This document shows positions 11,832 to 26,800 of a stretch of 64,000 bases of DNA, piece after piece. The notes under the pieces are model-generated. The model made no database searches. It had not been told where the DNA came from and saw only the letters and a list, made by a program, of their open reading frames with translations. Both the position numbers and the translations under genes were made by a program. Source of the DNA: Ranitomeya imitator (Eukaryota); assembly GCF_032444005.1 (NCBI RefSeq), contig NC_091285.1, forward strand, positions 658,068,001 through 658,132,000, read 5' to 3'. Within the stretch, counting starts at the first letter, position 1. Every line of letters starts with the position of its first letter.

Positions 11832-14800
11832 GTATGGCTGTTATTTCCTCACCCTCATCACCCTAATCACATTTACTACATTTATTTTTACACCATTTAT
11901 GTTTCTAGATTCTTTACGGCATTTACCCTACAGGCGGAATTATTTTATTTGTTATTAGATCAACCTTTTGCAGATGTGGTGAAACCGGTGAATTTTTAAA
12001 AATGTATGTTTAGAAAAGGGGGTTATTTCAGACATTTGTTTTTTGCTTTGTTTTTATATTTACCAAAAATATATTTGTAGTACTTTTTATGCTATCTTTA
12101 AGTCCTTGTAGAGGACATGAGCCTGCGAGTGCCTGTAAGTATATATATATGTCAGTATGTCAATATAGTGATGAAGTAACAAGAAAATGCTGATGCTCCT
12201 GGCCTTTTCGCAAGGGTGTACCATCCATAGTGACAGCCCAAGTGGCCACTTTGGGGTTCATGAGTAAAGGGTCCCGGCTGCGGCTCGGCATTGGGCCCTC
12301 TTCCCCGTCATCACAATTTCAGCAGTATGCGCATACTCAGGACGTGGATACCGTTGAATACAATGGTGGAACGGGAGACGAATGCTTCACCATTCAGCCT
12401 GCACATGTGAGTCTGATACTCTGTGCACTCCAGGCACAATTACGTCACTACAGCTCTAATGTGAAGCTTCCGTACTCACACTGCAAAAACCGCAGCAGTG
12501 CACTGAGGGAATGGGGTGAGAGTTTTTTAACTGTCAGTAATTTTGAGGGCATCCTATTAAGTGATGGGCTCTACTTGCCACCATATTGAGTTTGGAGCTG
12601 TGGGGGTGCTTATAGCGAGTGGGCCATTATGCTAAGTGCGGTGCTTGTGGGGGCCAATAAACTGAATGGGAAGTTGTGATGGACACAATACTGAGTTGGT
12701 TACTAAGCAAGGAACAATCATACTAATTGATATGCTGTGGGGTCTTCATTCTATGTAGGGGGCTGTGGTGGGCCATCATAATTGGTGGGCAGTTTTGGAG
12801 GTCTTTATACTGTGTGAGGGGCTCTGGGGGATGCCATCCTGGGTGTGGTGCTGTAGGGACTCTCATACTGAGTGGGGGCACTTATTCTATGTGGGGGGTT
12901 GTTATACTGTGTGAGGGGCTGTGAGGGCCATTATATTGTGAAAGGGGCTGCGGGGACCATCATACTGAGTGGGGGCTCCCATACTGAGTGTGGTGCTGTG
13001 GGGACCCTCTTTCTGTGTGGGCTATAATGCTGAGTGGGGAGCTGTTGGGGCCATTGTACTGTGTGAGGAGCTGTGGGGGCCTTCATACAGAGTGACGGGC
13101 TTTGGGGGCTCTCATACTGAGTGTGGGCCCTCATTCTATATGGGGGGCTGTTATACTGTGTGAAGGGCTGTGAAGGCAATAATATTGTGTAAGGGGCTGT
13201 GGGGACCATCATACTGAGTGGGGGCTCCCATACTGACTGGGAGCTAAAGGGGCTCTCATTCTGAGTGTGGTGCTATGGGGACCCTCTTTCTGTGTAGGCT
13301 TTCATGCTGAGTGGGGAGTTGGGGGAGCCATTTTACTGTCAGGGGCTGTGGGGGCAATTTTACTGCGTGAGGGGTCATCATATTCGGTTAATGGTTGTGG
13401 GGACCATCATACTGTGTGAGGGGCTGATGGGGCCTTCACACTGTGTGACTGGCAGTGGCCGCCATCATATTAAAGTGGTGGCTGTTGGGCTCCCATTTTG
13501 AGTGTGGGGGGGGCTGTAGGGGCTCCCTTACGGTACCGTCACACAGTGGCATTTTGATCGCTACGACGGCACGATCCGTGACGCTCCAGCATCGTAACAA
13601 TATCGCTCCAGCGTCGTAGACTGCTGTCACACTTTGCAATGTACGACGCTGGAGCGATAATTTCATGACGTATGTGCGATGTAGAAGCCGTTGGTTACTA
13701 TGCGCACATCGTATACAATATCGTGCACACCTTTGTTACACCATGCGATCATGCCGCCACAGCGGGACACTAGACGACGAAAGAAAGTTTCAAACGATCT
13801 GCTACGACGTACGATTCTCAGCGGGGTCCCTGATCGCAGGAGCGTGTCAGACACTGCGAGATCGCTGGAACGTCATGGATATATCGCTCGAACATCACGA
13901 ATCGTGCCGTCGTAGCGATCAAAATGCCACTGTGTGACGGTACCCTTAGTGAGTTGGGGAAGTGTGCTTATTCTGTGCCAGTGTGCTGTGGGGGGGGCCT
14001 TCATAGAGAGTAGAGTGCTGTGGTGGCCATCATACTCAGTGTGAGTTATACTGATAGGACATCATACTGTTTGGGGGGTACATGATACTGTGTGTGTCTT
14101 TTTTTAAGGTGGTAGGGGGCCCAATTAGAACTTTTGCTATGGGGACCTATGATTTCTATGTATGTCACTGGCCTTTCTCATGCCCATGTCATTGTAATTC
14201 AACATGTCCTATCCTCCTCTTTCACCAAATCATCTCTTAGAGGGGAGTCAGGAAGCCCCCTAACATGGGACCTAAAGGCAATTCACATATTCCATTGCAA
14301 ATTGTTTTGCCTAAATAAATATAATTTGGGATAAAATTATTTTTCAGATAATGGGAAGATGACGAACTGAGCCAAACAAATTTACAACGTTTAAACCATG
14401 CACTTTTGGGTAGACTTTAACTCCCTTTTTCATAAAAAAAAAATTAATTCTGGTTTCTAACATCCCCCCTCCCCCCCGTTTCTCAGCTGCAATTTTTTTT
14501 TATCTTGTGCTTTATTTACTGACCTCAGGTCCAACACTGAGTCTCTGTCGCTGCGTCAGTTACTGTCTGTAATCAGAAAAAGTTCCTAAGTGTAACCAAT
14601 GCCACTTCAACAATATATAACCACGAAAAAGACTTACTACGGTAATAAGTAGTCAAACAGAAGCAAACCATAATAATCAACATTTATTAAAGCATTTTTT
14701 TTTAAATTATATGAGAAAAAACAATCATATCATGACATCCAGTAGGAGGGTGTTAGGACTGGCGGAACGCACCAAGTATAAGGTGAAATAATATTGGTGC

Positions 14801-17800
14801 GTTCGCAGTCCGGGGTCCACCGTGCAGGTGAAAACTTGCTGCTAGTAAATGGCAGCGCTATATGGCGGTGGAAGCGAACCCTGTAAAGCCACTGGTCATC
14901 AATACCGCACTAATGAGTGCAAGCAAGGAGTCAGCTAACTCAATCCCAAGACTCAGGATTGAAGTCCGTTCAGACTACCTGCGCACAACACCGCAACTGT
15001 GTGTGTTAGGTAATTGATAGAAATAGTTAGAGCACCGAAGGGTGAACTGTGCCGTGCTGGCAGACACCACCAAGCACCCGGACGTGGGTTTAGGAAGCAC
15101 ATTACTGGCGCGTGGCGCCGCACTGGCGGTCACAGCTATGGACGCTGATTCGTGTGTAACACGTTGTGAGGATAATCGGGCACTAGAAAGCAGCCATACA
15201 CCTTACGCGAGCAGTCATTCAATAGGGAGGGTTTTTTAAAGGACGACTTGCACTCATCAACAAACACAAGTATACAATTGTACACTAGCGCATGGCCGTG
15301 CGGTCATGCGAAACTTATATAGCTGCAGCACGTTCAGGACCTTCCAATAAAGGGCCAATGGGAACCGCTGCAGCATCTGAGCATGTGACCCTCGATCTCC
15401 AACGGGAGATCTCACCCTGGGCATGCTCAGAAGGGAAAAAGCAGGACTTAGTCCCAAAAGCGTCCGCTCGCTGCTGCCCAGCACTGACTTTAATGGCAAA
15501 AGCTGGAAAAGCAACAGCAAGCCTAAGCACAGAGTGAGACTGAGCAAGACGTAAGGACCGACGTCTCTGCTGAGCAGGTTCCACTGCGGCAGGAGAAGAA
15601 TGGGAGACCGCAGCAGAAACGGCCTGAGATTCCCCCTGTGTAGAAGCGGGAACTCGACCCCCAACAGAGGGGCTCCAAAGAGTATGGCAATATATTCTAT
15701 CAAAAGATGGTAAATATACAGCTCAATTATAATATTGATTAAGTGCCTAGCGACCACAAATATTTCCGTCCATTCCATTCAATAGCAACAGTATATTATC
15801 AATAATATCTATGTGTCATAGCAACCAGGCAACCCCCACATGTACTTATGCTGGCTAACAGATGTAAATCATTCAGCTGCGTCAAAAAAAACTAAATCTC
15901 CGAGCACTAAAAAATACTCGGAGGACAACCGTGCGTGCTCGAGAAATCTCGAGTAACTAGTATATTCGCTCATCACTAGTCAGCACCTAACAGTAACCAA
16001 AAAAATCCATTTCAGAAAAAACTGCCACAAATCAGCAGGTGTCCCGAGCATTTGTGTTAGAAAAAATTAACTGATGTTGAACATAAAATGGAATTAAATG
16101 GTCTTTCTGGCTGTATAAAATCGGTAGTGTATAGCCAGATGCTTTTACAACTTTATCTCACAATCCCATCCAGGCCCTTTTGTGATTGTTGTTGTGACTG
16201 CCCTGATAATGGTGTTATATTAGTCAAAGTCCACCTGGTTCTCTCACTTTTCATGTCCTATAACTGTTCTTTTTCAGAAGGAATGTGTTCATACTTTAAG
16301 GAAAGACCGGTGATCATCACATACGGACTGCTGGCACTTTCATTTATCCTGGTTATTGTTCTCTTCATAGCTGTCCATTCTAAAAGTCAGTAACGTTTTT
16401 TGTTCATTCATTGTCATAGATTATCTGTAGTGTATTTATCTGTACGCTATCCAATGCCTGACTATGCTATTTGTGCATGAACCTCTCCACTTAGGTCATA
16501 TTCGACGTGTAACTCTAAAAATCTGGGCCACAAAGCAAAATATGTAACATGGAGACAGGGATTGTGTAGGTACGGGATCTGCGTCTGCACCATCCTCAAT
16601 ATTGTAGATGTCAGTCTTCTGCAATAACTGGGATTAGCGATAACTCTGATCCTGAGGAGAGAGGGAAACCTCCAATGCTACTGATTATTTTAGCTGTTGA
16701 ACCCCTAAGATGCCATTGTCACTAGTGATCGTGGCCTCTAGGTGGTTAGACAGAAGGAGGAGTCATCCTTCTCTTACCCATTTGCTCTGCTACAATTAAA
16801 TATTGGGGTGCCAATGGATTATTGTCTTGTAAACATAAAAAAAGCCTTTTTATGTTTGGATGTTGGTGGGCCCTGGGGTCAAGTAATTGTGTGTAGTCAG
16901 TGCCAAAATTTACCTGTAACATAAAGTAAAATGTGTCAGGATCAGGAAAAATCAATCTAAGAATCACTGGGATATGTTAAAGCATTCCAAAGTTATTACC
17001 ATATACAGTGCCACTAGTCAAAAATGAAAAATTTGGCCTGGTCAGGAAGGTGAAATTAGGCTTGGGGGTGAAGGGTTTAATTAACAGGTTAGAAAATTAA
17101 AGCAGTCGTCTGACCAGTTGTCAGGAGCCAATAATGTTATTATATTCTATTAATTTAATCTTCTTTACTAGATTCCCACCCAGAACATAAAGCTCTGGCC
17201 AGCAGGGACGACATGGTCAGCGTGAACATCACTGGTAAGATGCCATTGTCCTCCTGGGCTAATGTGTCCAGATACTGACCTTTTTCTTGTTTTAGTCATG
17301 CTTTTTTTTTTTTTCTGAAGATTTTTTTTTATCTTTTGTAAATCATTATGGAAGTAACGATTAAGCTGGAGTTGTTAGTGCAGTTAGGACTTTTGCTTGT
17401 GACTCTGTTGTGATTATTTGTGTCATATGTATACCCCTTGCTTGATATTTTTTTTCCACTTTTGAAGCCACTCCTCTACTGGAGAGACTTTATGTCTTTT
17501 TATTCGACTTTTGAAATTTCTATATGTTGATTAAAACTTATTTGCGTAGCGAACCACGCATAGGTTGCACCCCGCTTAAAAGGTGTCGAAAACAAAAGTG
17601 CGAAAAATAGCAGAGGGTTGCAATTTATTGGCAAGATTGATCTTTTATGTGCCAATGGACTGACACGAACGCATTGATTAATGCCTTTTTACTTTTACAA
17701 GAGAAAAACACATGCAAAAATTGAGTAAAATAAGTGACTCAACATGTTTTTTTACTTAACCACAAGATTTTGTTCATTTCCTCTTTTGCAGTTAATTCGC

Positions 17801-20800
17801 TAATTGAAAAAATGAAAACTGTGGAGCAAGATGCAAAAAGTAAGAAACAAAATGTACAAAAGGGAGACTTGTCAATGTGTCAGGCATATAACACTAGAAA
17901 AAGAGGTTCTTGACAACCATCGGAAAAAAGACATTAATGTATGTGAAAAGCTGCATTTTTAAGTTGTTATCTGACCTATGAAAAAAACATAAAAACAACA
18001 GCTAAAGTACAAACAGCTGGCACATGAACTGCTTAGTAGGGATGGGGGGGATCGGTGGTAGTTCGAGTTCGAGTACCTGACCTTTTTTAAAAAGTTTAGT
18101 ACAGAAAAAAGAACAATACCCAAACGTCCACCTAAACCCAAAATTCATTGAAAATAAAGTATTCCTGAAATGCTAAGATAAATTCTCTCTCTCATTAGTG
18201 CAGGACATATGACTGCAGAGGCCATTGATTGACTGCAGTGGTCCGGTGTCAGCTGCATGCAGTCAGAGACTTGGTGATGAACTGGAGCTTCTGCTCTAAA
18301 CTGGAGGGGATTGAAGAGTAGAGTATTTTTTCATAACATATGCTGCCATTTTTTTTAAAGGCCAGGTTGCCCCCCTTTAAAGGGATACTGTCTACAGGAT
18401 TTCATTTATTATTATTATTATCATTATTATGATTTTTTAACTTAGCACTATCCTATTCCACAGTGCCCCCGACATCAATGTGATGGACAGCTGACTTTGT
18501 CCTTCTGGAATTATTGCTGAACAAAGGGGTGTAAGTTACTCACAGCTAGCACCGTTGGTCTATCAAGAGCTGGTTGCAAACTTTCACATCCTCGATGGTC
18601 CCACACGCCTTAGCCTGTGCAAGCATATCCGGGAGGGTCTCCCCTTCTCCCTCTTCTACCACGTTGTGTATGGAAAGGGTGCAGGCCTCTAGCTCATGAT
18701 GTGCTTTCATCATGTTCACTTGGAAGGCCTTCTGCCTTCACCGTGTGTGGTCCAGGATGATAAGGCGTGTTATGGCATTGAGCCGCCGGTGCACAAGGTA
18801 CGGACATTCCCAGACTGCTTGAAGCTTGTCTTGGGGTACCAGGACAAGTACATACACCTTTTGACCCACATGATAGGTCCTCTTACAAGCATTATGGTCA
18901 TACCATTGCTTCTGGTTGGCCTGGGCTCACATCATATTATTGTGCACCAGCTGCACCAAGGCCTGCATCTCAGCTCAAAGAGGGAAGATCCTGTAGAGGC
19001 CTGTAGAATCTCCCTGTAGCAAGTGTGGAGGGTACTGATCCCAGTCATGCCCATGGAAGGTGATCAACATCTTAAGCATCTGCTTCAGGGTTCCATTGAA
19101 GTGTTGCTGCGGCGCCCCAGGGTCCTGGTCGTCGCAGAGGTATCGCGTTCCTCTCAGGGAGAGTGATGCTTCGTTTGGAGGCAATGAAGGAGAACTCTTT
19201 GTCAGGTAACACAATGCATGCAACATGATCACACTCCAGACCAGAAGGGGGAGCTCTAAGCCTGTTTAAGGTGAACTCCCTTATAAGAACATCCTGATCT
19301 GGAGGGAAAGGGTTCAGTTGCTGTCAGAAAGACAGAGGGAAAGGAAGCAGAGGAGCTGTGTAGCCTGAAGTGCTGCAGCTCCTGGGAAGAGACATTCAGA
19401 AGGCAGAACTGTATTGCAGTGAGCGTGCAAGGAAAGCAAAGCAAAGGAGAGAATACCAGAAGGGGACCAGCCCTGCACAGGCTGCCTCCATCTGAGGTGC
19501 AGAATCCCGGTAGCCAGAACACCGGGGGAGTAAGGACCTTTATGATTTACTTCAGAGACTGGCCGGACAGCTAATTGCAGGTTACCTGTCCGCACCTACA
19601 CCCAGGAGGCACGGTGGCACCTCTCAGAGGCCGGGGCATGCTAGAGTCCCTATAAACAGCCTCAAACCACCAGTCATATAGGTTTTGTCCTATCCTATAT
19701 GGGGGACAGAGAGAGGGAAACACCACATCTGCGAGGCCCTTATGTGAAGCCATAGGCAATAAGGGACTACAGCGGAAGGGAAGGCTATTGATTTCCACCT
19801 GGACAAAGGGAATTCTGGACTTGCCTCCAAACCAACCGGACTCTGCCTGCCCTGTGATCTGGTGCCCTGGACTGTGGATGCTGAAATCTTCAGTAAAGGT
19901 AAAGAGACTGCCACCTTGTGTCCTCGGTCTTCTCTGCGCCTCTCCCCATCTACCATCTACCCACTGGGAAGCCCTGGGGACATACTTCACCTGTGGGAAG
20001 GTATACCATCTAGCTACCATAACATCACCCCAGCGGACCCCTTAAAGCAGCGTCGGTCACCCTGACCGAATACCACAGGTGGCGTCATGAACATAAACTT
20101 TATCCCTTTAAAGACCTTTCCCTTTTACATGGACGTCCCAGGGCCATGGACGGGGTCAGCCACTGTGACATCCCCCTGTGAGACGCAGGACCCAGTACCG
20201 AGTACCCCATGGCGGCCCCATGGGGGCGCTCCATTCCCACCGGCCATTAATCTGTGGGTAGTACGGGCTGGTTACCTGGTTGGTGATCATTTCCTGGGAA
20301 AAACCCATTCAGGATAAAATCTCCAGAAAGGCAGTGGCCACCTTGTCGGCCCAAATGGATGAAAATCTATCTCTTTCGAGTACCTGGTGGCATAGTCCAC
20401 AGTCTACTTCAGTCAGTATAAAGCGTTTCACGGAGCTGCTGGGTATGGACATCAGTCCAACAAGATCCACAGTTACCGCTCTTCAATAATGTGCAAAGCT
20501 ACCAGTGGGGCTTTGGGGCACCACCCTGCCTTTTCCACTCTCTGAAATGTGTTGCATAAACGGCAGTAGGCAGCCACATCAACCTCCTTAGTATTAGTGA
20601 TCTCTAGATGTCCAGCCATTGGAATCTCGTTTACAATCTGCAACAACTGTGCCCTCAATGAACAGGGTACCACTAACTGTTGTTTCCTAGGCCATGTCTC
20701 TAGTGAACCCTGTTGAACCGTTACCTGGTACAGCTGTCCTTGGTCCCAACCACCCCCTCAAGGTCTGAGACAGAGGGAGGGTGTGCTGCCTGCTCCTTGA

Positions 20801-23800
20801 GCGCTTTCAGGCTGTCATCGGCTTCCAACGCTGCCTGAAGTCACTGATTAGAAGTGGCCAAAATAGATGAGATCACCACGTCTTCTGTCAGTTCCCCGGG
20901 GCCTCCATCTAACCCAGCAAGCAGCTACTTGGTCGGAAGGGAGGAAGCCATCTGACCCCCGAGTGGCCCTGGCATTATCAGTGCAAGTGACAGCAGCCAT
21001 GGCTGCTGCAACTGCAGGTAGTGCCCGCTTTCCTGCTGCTTCTGGCTAAGTCACCGGTCCAGACTGACTAACCTGGCCCTCTTGCATCCTGGTTGTGGAC
21101 GAACGCTAACAATCAATGCGCATTTTATGATATTTTCTTGTAAGGAGAAGATTGAGATCATTATCATTAAGTAGATCAAAAAAAGATTGTAGTTCCGACC
21201 AATGAAGTACCATGCCAAATCCAAGAAATATCATCAATGTAGCATGCCCAAAATATGACACTTAGTGATTCTAAAAGAAAAAGGTCTGTTTCCCACAGCC
21301 CTAGAGACAGGTTGGCATATGCCTGAGCACATGTTGCCCCCATAGCTGTACCCTAGAGATGTAGGAAATAGGCACCATTGAAGGTTAAAAAGTTATGGGA
21401 CAGGGTAAACACCAACAATTGAACCAGAAATTCCGCATGTGTTTGATCAAGATTTTCTATCTGTAGAAAATAGGAGACTGCTTGTAGGCCATCTTGATGT
21501 TTTATACATGTATACGAGGACTCGATGTCACAAGTAAATAATGTTGATGTATATACATATATTCTCCATTAAAGCACCCATCCCAGACACTATAGGCCTA
21601 CCTGGAGGTGTGATGGCCTTCTGTGAATTTTTGGAAGAAAATACAGAGTAGGGTCAACTGTATCTGGGAACATATAGAAGAGACCTGGGATCAGATTTTG
21701 GATGAGACATGCTTGAATCTGATGGAGAGCATGCCCAAAAGGATTCAAGCAGTGTTGAAAGTAGAGATGAGCAAATTTGATTGGGTTCCTGCTTATTTGG
21801 CAAGCTATAGAGTTTACCAAATAAGCTGCAGAGGGAACCCAGATACATGGAGTGCTCCAGCTGATCAGATGCTCCGATCCGCAGCTGCATGTGTCGCGGC
21901 TGTGTCACAGTCACAGCACATGCATGGAGAGCCTGTGTGTTGTGACTGTGACACAGCCGCAACACATGCAGCTGCGGAGCAGGACAGCTGATCAGCTGGT
22001 ACGCTCCATGTATCCGGCTTCCCTGTGCAGCTTATTTGGTACACACTATAGCTTGCCGAATAAGCAGGGACTTGATCAAATTCGCTCATCACTAGCTGAA
22101 AGTCAAAGGTGGATTAACAAATTAATAAAAAATAGATGATTGTCTATAAAATGATGGTAGTCTCATGTTCAAAGCTGTAGTGGATGGCAAGATATGGAGA
22201 CCGAATGTCAAAAGTCCAAAACATTGTTTGCCTTTCCCTCGTCAGTGTATAAAGGGGTTATAGGGACATTCATTAAGATGCATGTAAAGTGGTGAAATCA
22301 GCAGAAAAATGGAAAACCATCCTCAGCATAGCCCATCAAAATTAGATCTCACTTGACTTTTGGCATCCCCACCTTTCAAAGTTGCATAACTTGTTGGATC
22401 ACCATGACCCTTTCAAACTGTTAGACAGATATGATGAATTTGGGACCATCACCGATCTATTATCAATGGTACCAAGTTGTCTTAAATATAGACAGTTTAT
22501 TACTTCTTTCTTCCAAAAACAGCACTGCTTTTGTTCACAGGCCGTGTCTGGTATTGCAGTTCACTCCTATTCGCTTGAATGGAGTTGTGCTGTAAGACCA
22601 GAAACAACCCACTAACCGGTGTGACACTGCTTTTGAAAGAAAGCCTCTATTTTTACTAATTCTGTACAATCCCTGACAATATCACATTTTTTTAATTTCA
22701 GAGAAATACACCTGTGATGCTGGTTGGATTGTGTTTGACAGAAAATGCTACTTTTTTTCAAGCTCCAAATCTAACTGGTTTAAAGCCCGGTCCATGTGCG
22801 TACTCAAGAACTCTGATTTAGCTGTGATCAAGAACGAATATGAGCAGGTGAGATGTCAGTTATGAATATGATTGGCCTCATAACCCATCAGCTTGTCTAA
22901 ATAGACCTTCAAGGTATATACGGACCACAACGGAAAACATATATATTAATCTGTCATGCAAGCTCAAAACCAAGTGGGGGAGCGAAAAACAGAGAATTGG
23001 GGAAAAGGACACTCCAGCAAAGAAGCCTTATAACCCAATATAAAGAATGGAGTTCAAGTCTAATAATTAAAAGGGTAGAAATAATAATGCAAAAAGTACT
23101 AATAACCATTACAATTTCAGCGAGAAAAACCGGTGGAAAAGATCGGTGGGTATACTAGAGAGTACCACATATATTAAAAGGTAACGTGCAAAGTGCTTTG
23201 TTATAAAGAAGGAAAAGATAAGCAGGAGGAAGAGTAGTGAGTATAACTCAAACAGAATTGCCTACTAGCCTAGGGATCAGTGCCCTGTCACTATCATGAC
23301 CCCCCCCCCATGTCCTGGATATCTTACTCATGTTGTGGTATCCTCTGGCTCCCCACCGTGCAGCCCCAACGCACGTTTTCACATTGGCTTCATCAGGGGC
23401 TCAAATCTAACTGGTTAGAGCCGGTCCATGTGTGTACTCAAGAACTCTGATTTAGCTGTGATCAAGAACGAAAATGAGCAGGGAGATGTCAGTTATGAAT
23501 ATGATTGGCCTCATAACCCATCAGCAAGTCTAAATAGACCTTTAGTTGCATTAAAAATCTTGTTAATGGCTTGGACAATCATTTAAAGGGTAGTTACCTC
23601 CATTGAGACATCACAAAGCTTTGGAGTAGAGCTAATTTCTATAGGCTTTAAGGATGCTGCTCTCTTTTGGTTCTCTTCCTACCTTACTGAACAATCATTC
23701 CGTGTATCATTTAATTTCTCTTCTTCTCCTCTTTCCCATATGCCAGATTCATATGACCGCATTTCAATGCTTGGATTGACCACTGATCTCCCGACCCGGA

Positions 23801-26800
23801 TTTACGGCCATGTGTATGTTTATAAGTTCGAGATGGGAGTTCCGCGTTCAGTCCTGGAATTACAGTCCGGTCCATGTACAGTATATACTGTGAAACTTGT
23901 TGTGTGAACTTTTCCTTACTTTCGAGCTTTCACAGATATTGTTCCTAGCTCTTCTTCTCTTTTGTTTTATATTGCCCCATGGGAAAATTGTCAGCCCATT
24001 TGGCTTTCAGTGCCATCTCTTTACTGTGGACACCCTATTATACATTACAATATACTTCTCTTAACATCACCTTCATCAGCACTACAAAACACTAGTGATT
24101 GTCTGTCCTCTATCTCTAACATCATGTCCTTTCTCTGGCTGAACCTTCCAAAAATTGAACTTCTTGTATTTTCACCATCTACTAAGACACTTGTGGCCTA
24201 TCATCACCATCATAGGTGGGCACATTCCCATGTAACAGTAAAAAATGCAAAATTTGAACCTACATATTACCAACAAATACAGTCTAATACTGTCAGGGCT
24301 AGCGGAACACACCGAGAAAATAGAGTTGTTTATTATGAAAGGTGCGTTCGCAGCCCGGGGTCCACCGTGCAGGAGGAACATGCTGCTAGCGAATGGTGGC
24401 ACTGTTAGGCGGTATAGACTAGCTCTGTTACTCCACAGAGTAGCCGTGAAAGGGAAGCACTGCGCCCTGTGAGCCTCACAGGAGCACAAGCTTACTGCCA
24501 AGCTGATAGCAGTCAGTGGTTATGTAACATGCAATCTCCTCACCGGAGAAGCCGGTATTCTAGGGGCTTATTTCAGCCGGGTCCCTGAACACACTCATAC
24601 AATCTCCTCACCGGAGGTGCCGGTATTCTAGGGGCTTATTTCAGCCGGGTCCCTGAACACACTCATACATAACCTCACTGGCGCAAAGCACATATATGAA
24701 TTGATACTAGCGCATGGCCGTGCGGCCAAGCGAGCCTTAAATAGCTGCAGCACGTTTAGGACCTTTCAAATAAGGACCAATGGAGAGCTGCAGCACCTGA
24801 GCATGTGACCCCATATCTCCACTGAGAGATCTTGCCCTGAGCATGCTCAGAGTGCAAAGCAGGATTTAGTCCTAGTACCTACAAGGACCTTAGCTGCAGT
24901 ATCTGATCATGTGACCCTTGATCTCCACTGAGAGATCTTACTCTGGGCATGCTCAGAATGTGAAAAGCAAGACAGCCCCAGAAGCGTCCGCTCGCCGCTG
25001 CCCAGCACTGACTTCAATGGCAGAAGCAGGAAATGCAGCAGTAACTCTTAGCACAGAGTCAGACTGAGCGAGACGCTGGGATCGACGTCTCCGCTGAGCA
25101 GGCTCCACTGCGGCAGGAGAAGAATGGGAGACCGCAGCAGAGATGGCTCGAGATTCCCCCTGTGCAGAGGCAGGAACTCAACCCCTAACATTACCCCCCT
25201 CCTAGGGCCCCCCCTCCTTGGGCCTCACTACGTTCGAAGGCAGCAATGAGCTGCGGAGCCCGAATGTGCTCAGCAGGCTCCCAGGACCTGTCCTCAGGAC
25301 CATAACCCTTCCAGTCCACCAAATAAAATTTTTTGCCATGTACCACCTTGCACCCCAAAATAGCGTTTACCTCATAATCGTCCATAGACAAATCCGATGT
25401 CCCAGCAGATGACTCAGAAAACCGGGACATATACATGGGTTTCAAGAGGGACACATGGAAGGTGTCGGTGATACCCAGGCGTGGCGTAAGGGCCAAACGA
25501 TAGACCACAGGATTAACCTGTTCGAGGACCTTGAAGGGGCCCAAGTAGCGAGGAGCAAACTTAGTGGACTCAACTCGCAGCCTGATGTTACGGGCAGAGA
25601 GCCACACCAAGTCGCCAGGAGCAAAGGTCGGAGCGGGGCGCTGATGTGCATCAGTGGAGGACCTCATTCTCTCCTTGGAGGCCCGAATGGCATCCTGAGT
25701 GCGGTCCCAAATATCCCGTGCCTCCACAGCCCAGTCTGACACCCTGAAGTCGGCGGAAGAAACGGGCATAGGCACAGGTACCCGTGGATGCTGACCATAG
25801 TTGAGGAGGAATGGGGTTTGTCCAGTGGAGTCGGCTACGGCGTTGTTCAGTGCAAACTCTGCCCACGATAGCAAGGATGCCCAGTCATCCAGCCTGGCTG
25901 AAACAAAATGTCGCAGGTATGTGACCAAGGTCTGGTTGGCCCTCTCTACCAACCCATTCGTCTCGGGATGATATGCGGAAGAGAGATTCAACTCAATGCT
26001 GAGAAGACAACAAAGCTCTCTCCAGAACTGAGACGCAAACTGGGGACCCCGGTCACTGACAATTTTGTATGGCATACCATGTAGGCGGAAGATGTGTTTT
26101 ATGAACAACGCTGCCAAGGCCCGTGCAGAAGGTAACCGTGGTAGCGGCACCAAATGCACCATTTTTGAGAAATGATCGGTGATGACCCAAATGATGGTAC
26201 AGCCGCGAGACTTGGGTAAACCCACAACAAAGTCCATCCCGACCATCTCCCAGGGCCTATCTGCCACCGGCAAGGGATAGAGTAACCCAGCTGGCCTTTG
26301 ACGAGGAGATTTATTTTTGGCGCAGGAGACACACGCCTGAATATAATCTCTGACATCCCGGACCATATGTGGCCACCAGTACATCCTCACTAGCAGCTCA
26401 GATGTCCTCTTTGTCCCAAAGTGTCCACCCACCGTGGACGAATAAGCCCAAGAGAGAACCTCCGGTCACAAATTAATGGGCACAAAAGTCTTGCCCAGAG
26501 GCACAGACTCTAGCGAAACCGGCGCTACGGTTCTCAGGCTCTCTGAAGGGACAATAAGCCGAGGCTCCCCCTCCTCCTCCTCAGATGACATACCAGAGCG
26601 AGAGAGAGCGTCTGCACGAATGTTCTTCTCCCCAGCGAGATAATGAAGGGTGAAGTGGAACCGGGAGAAGAACAAGGACCATCTGGCCTGGCGAGAATTT
26701 AGCCTCTGGGCTGTCTGCAGGTATAACAAATTTTTGTGGTCCGTGAAGACTTGAAAGGGAAAATGAGCCCCCTCCAAGAGATGTCTCCATTCCGAGAAAG

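Noticed and set aside
16088-16393. 101-aa ORF as a standalone gene
   Set aside because: Only 16278-16385 is exonic (lectin TM exon); the remainder is intronic read-through.
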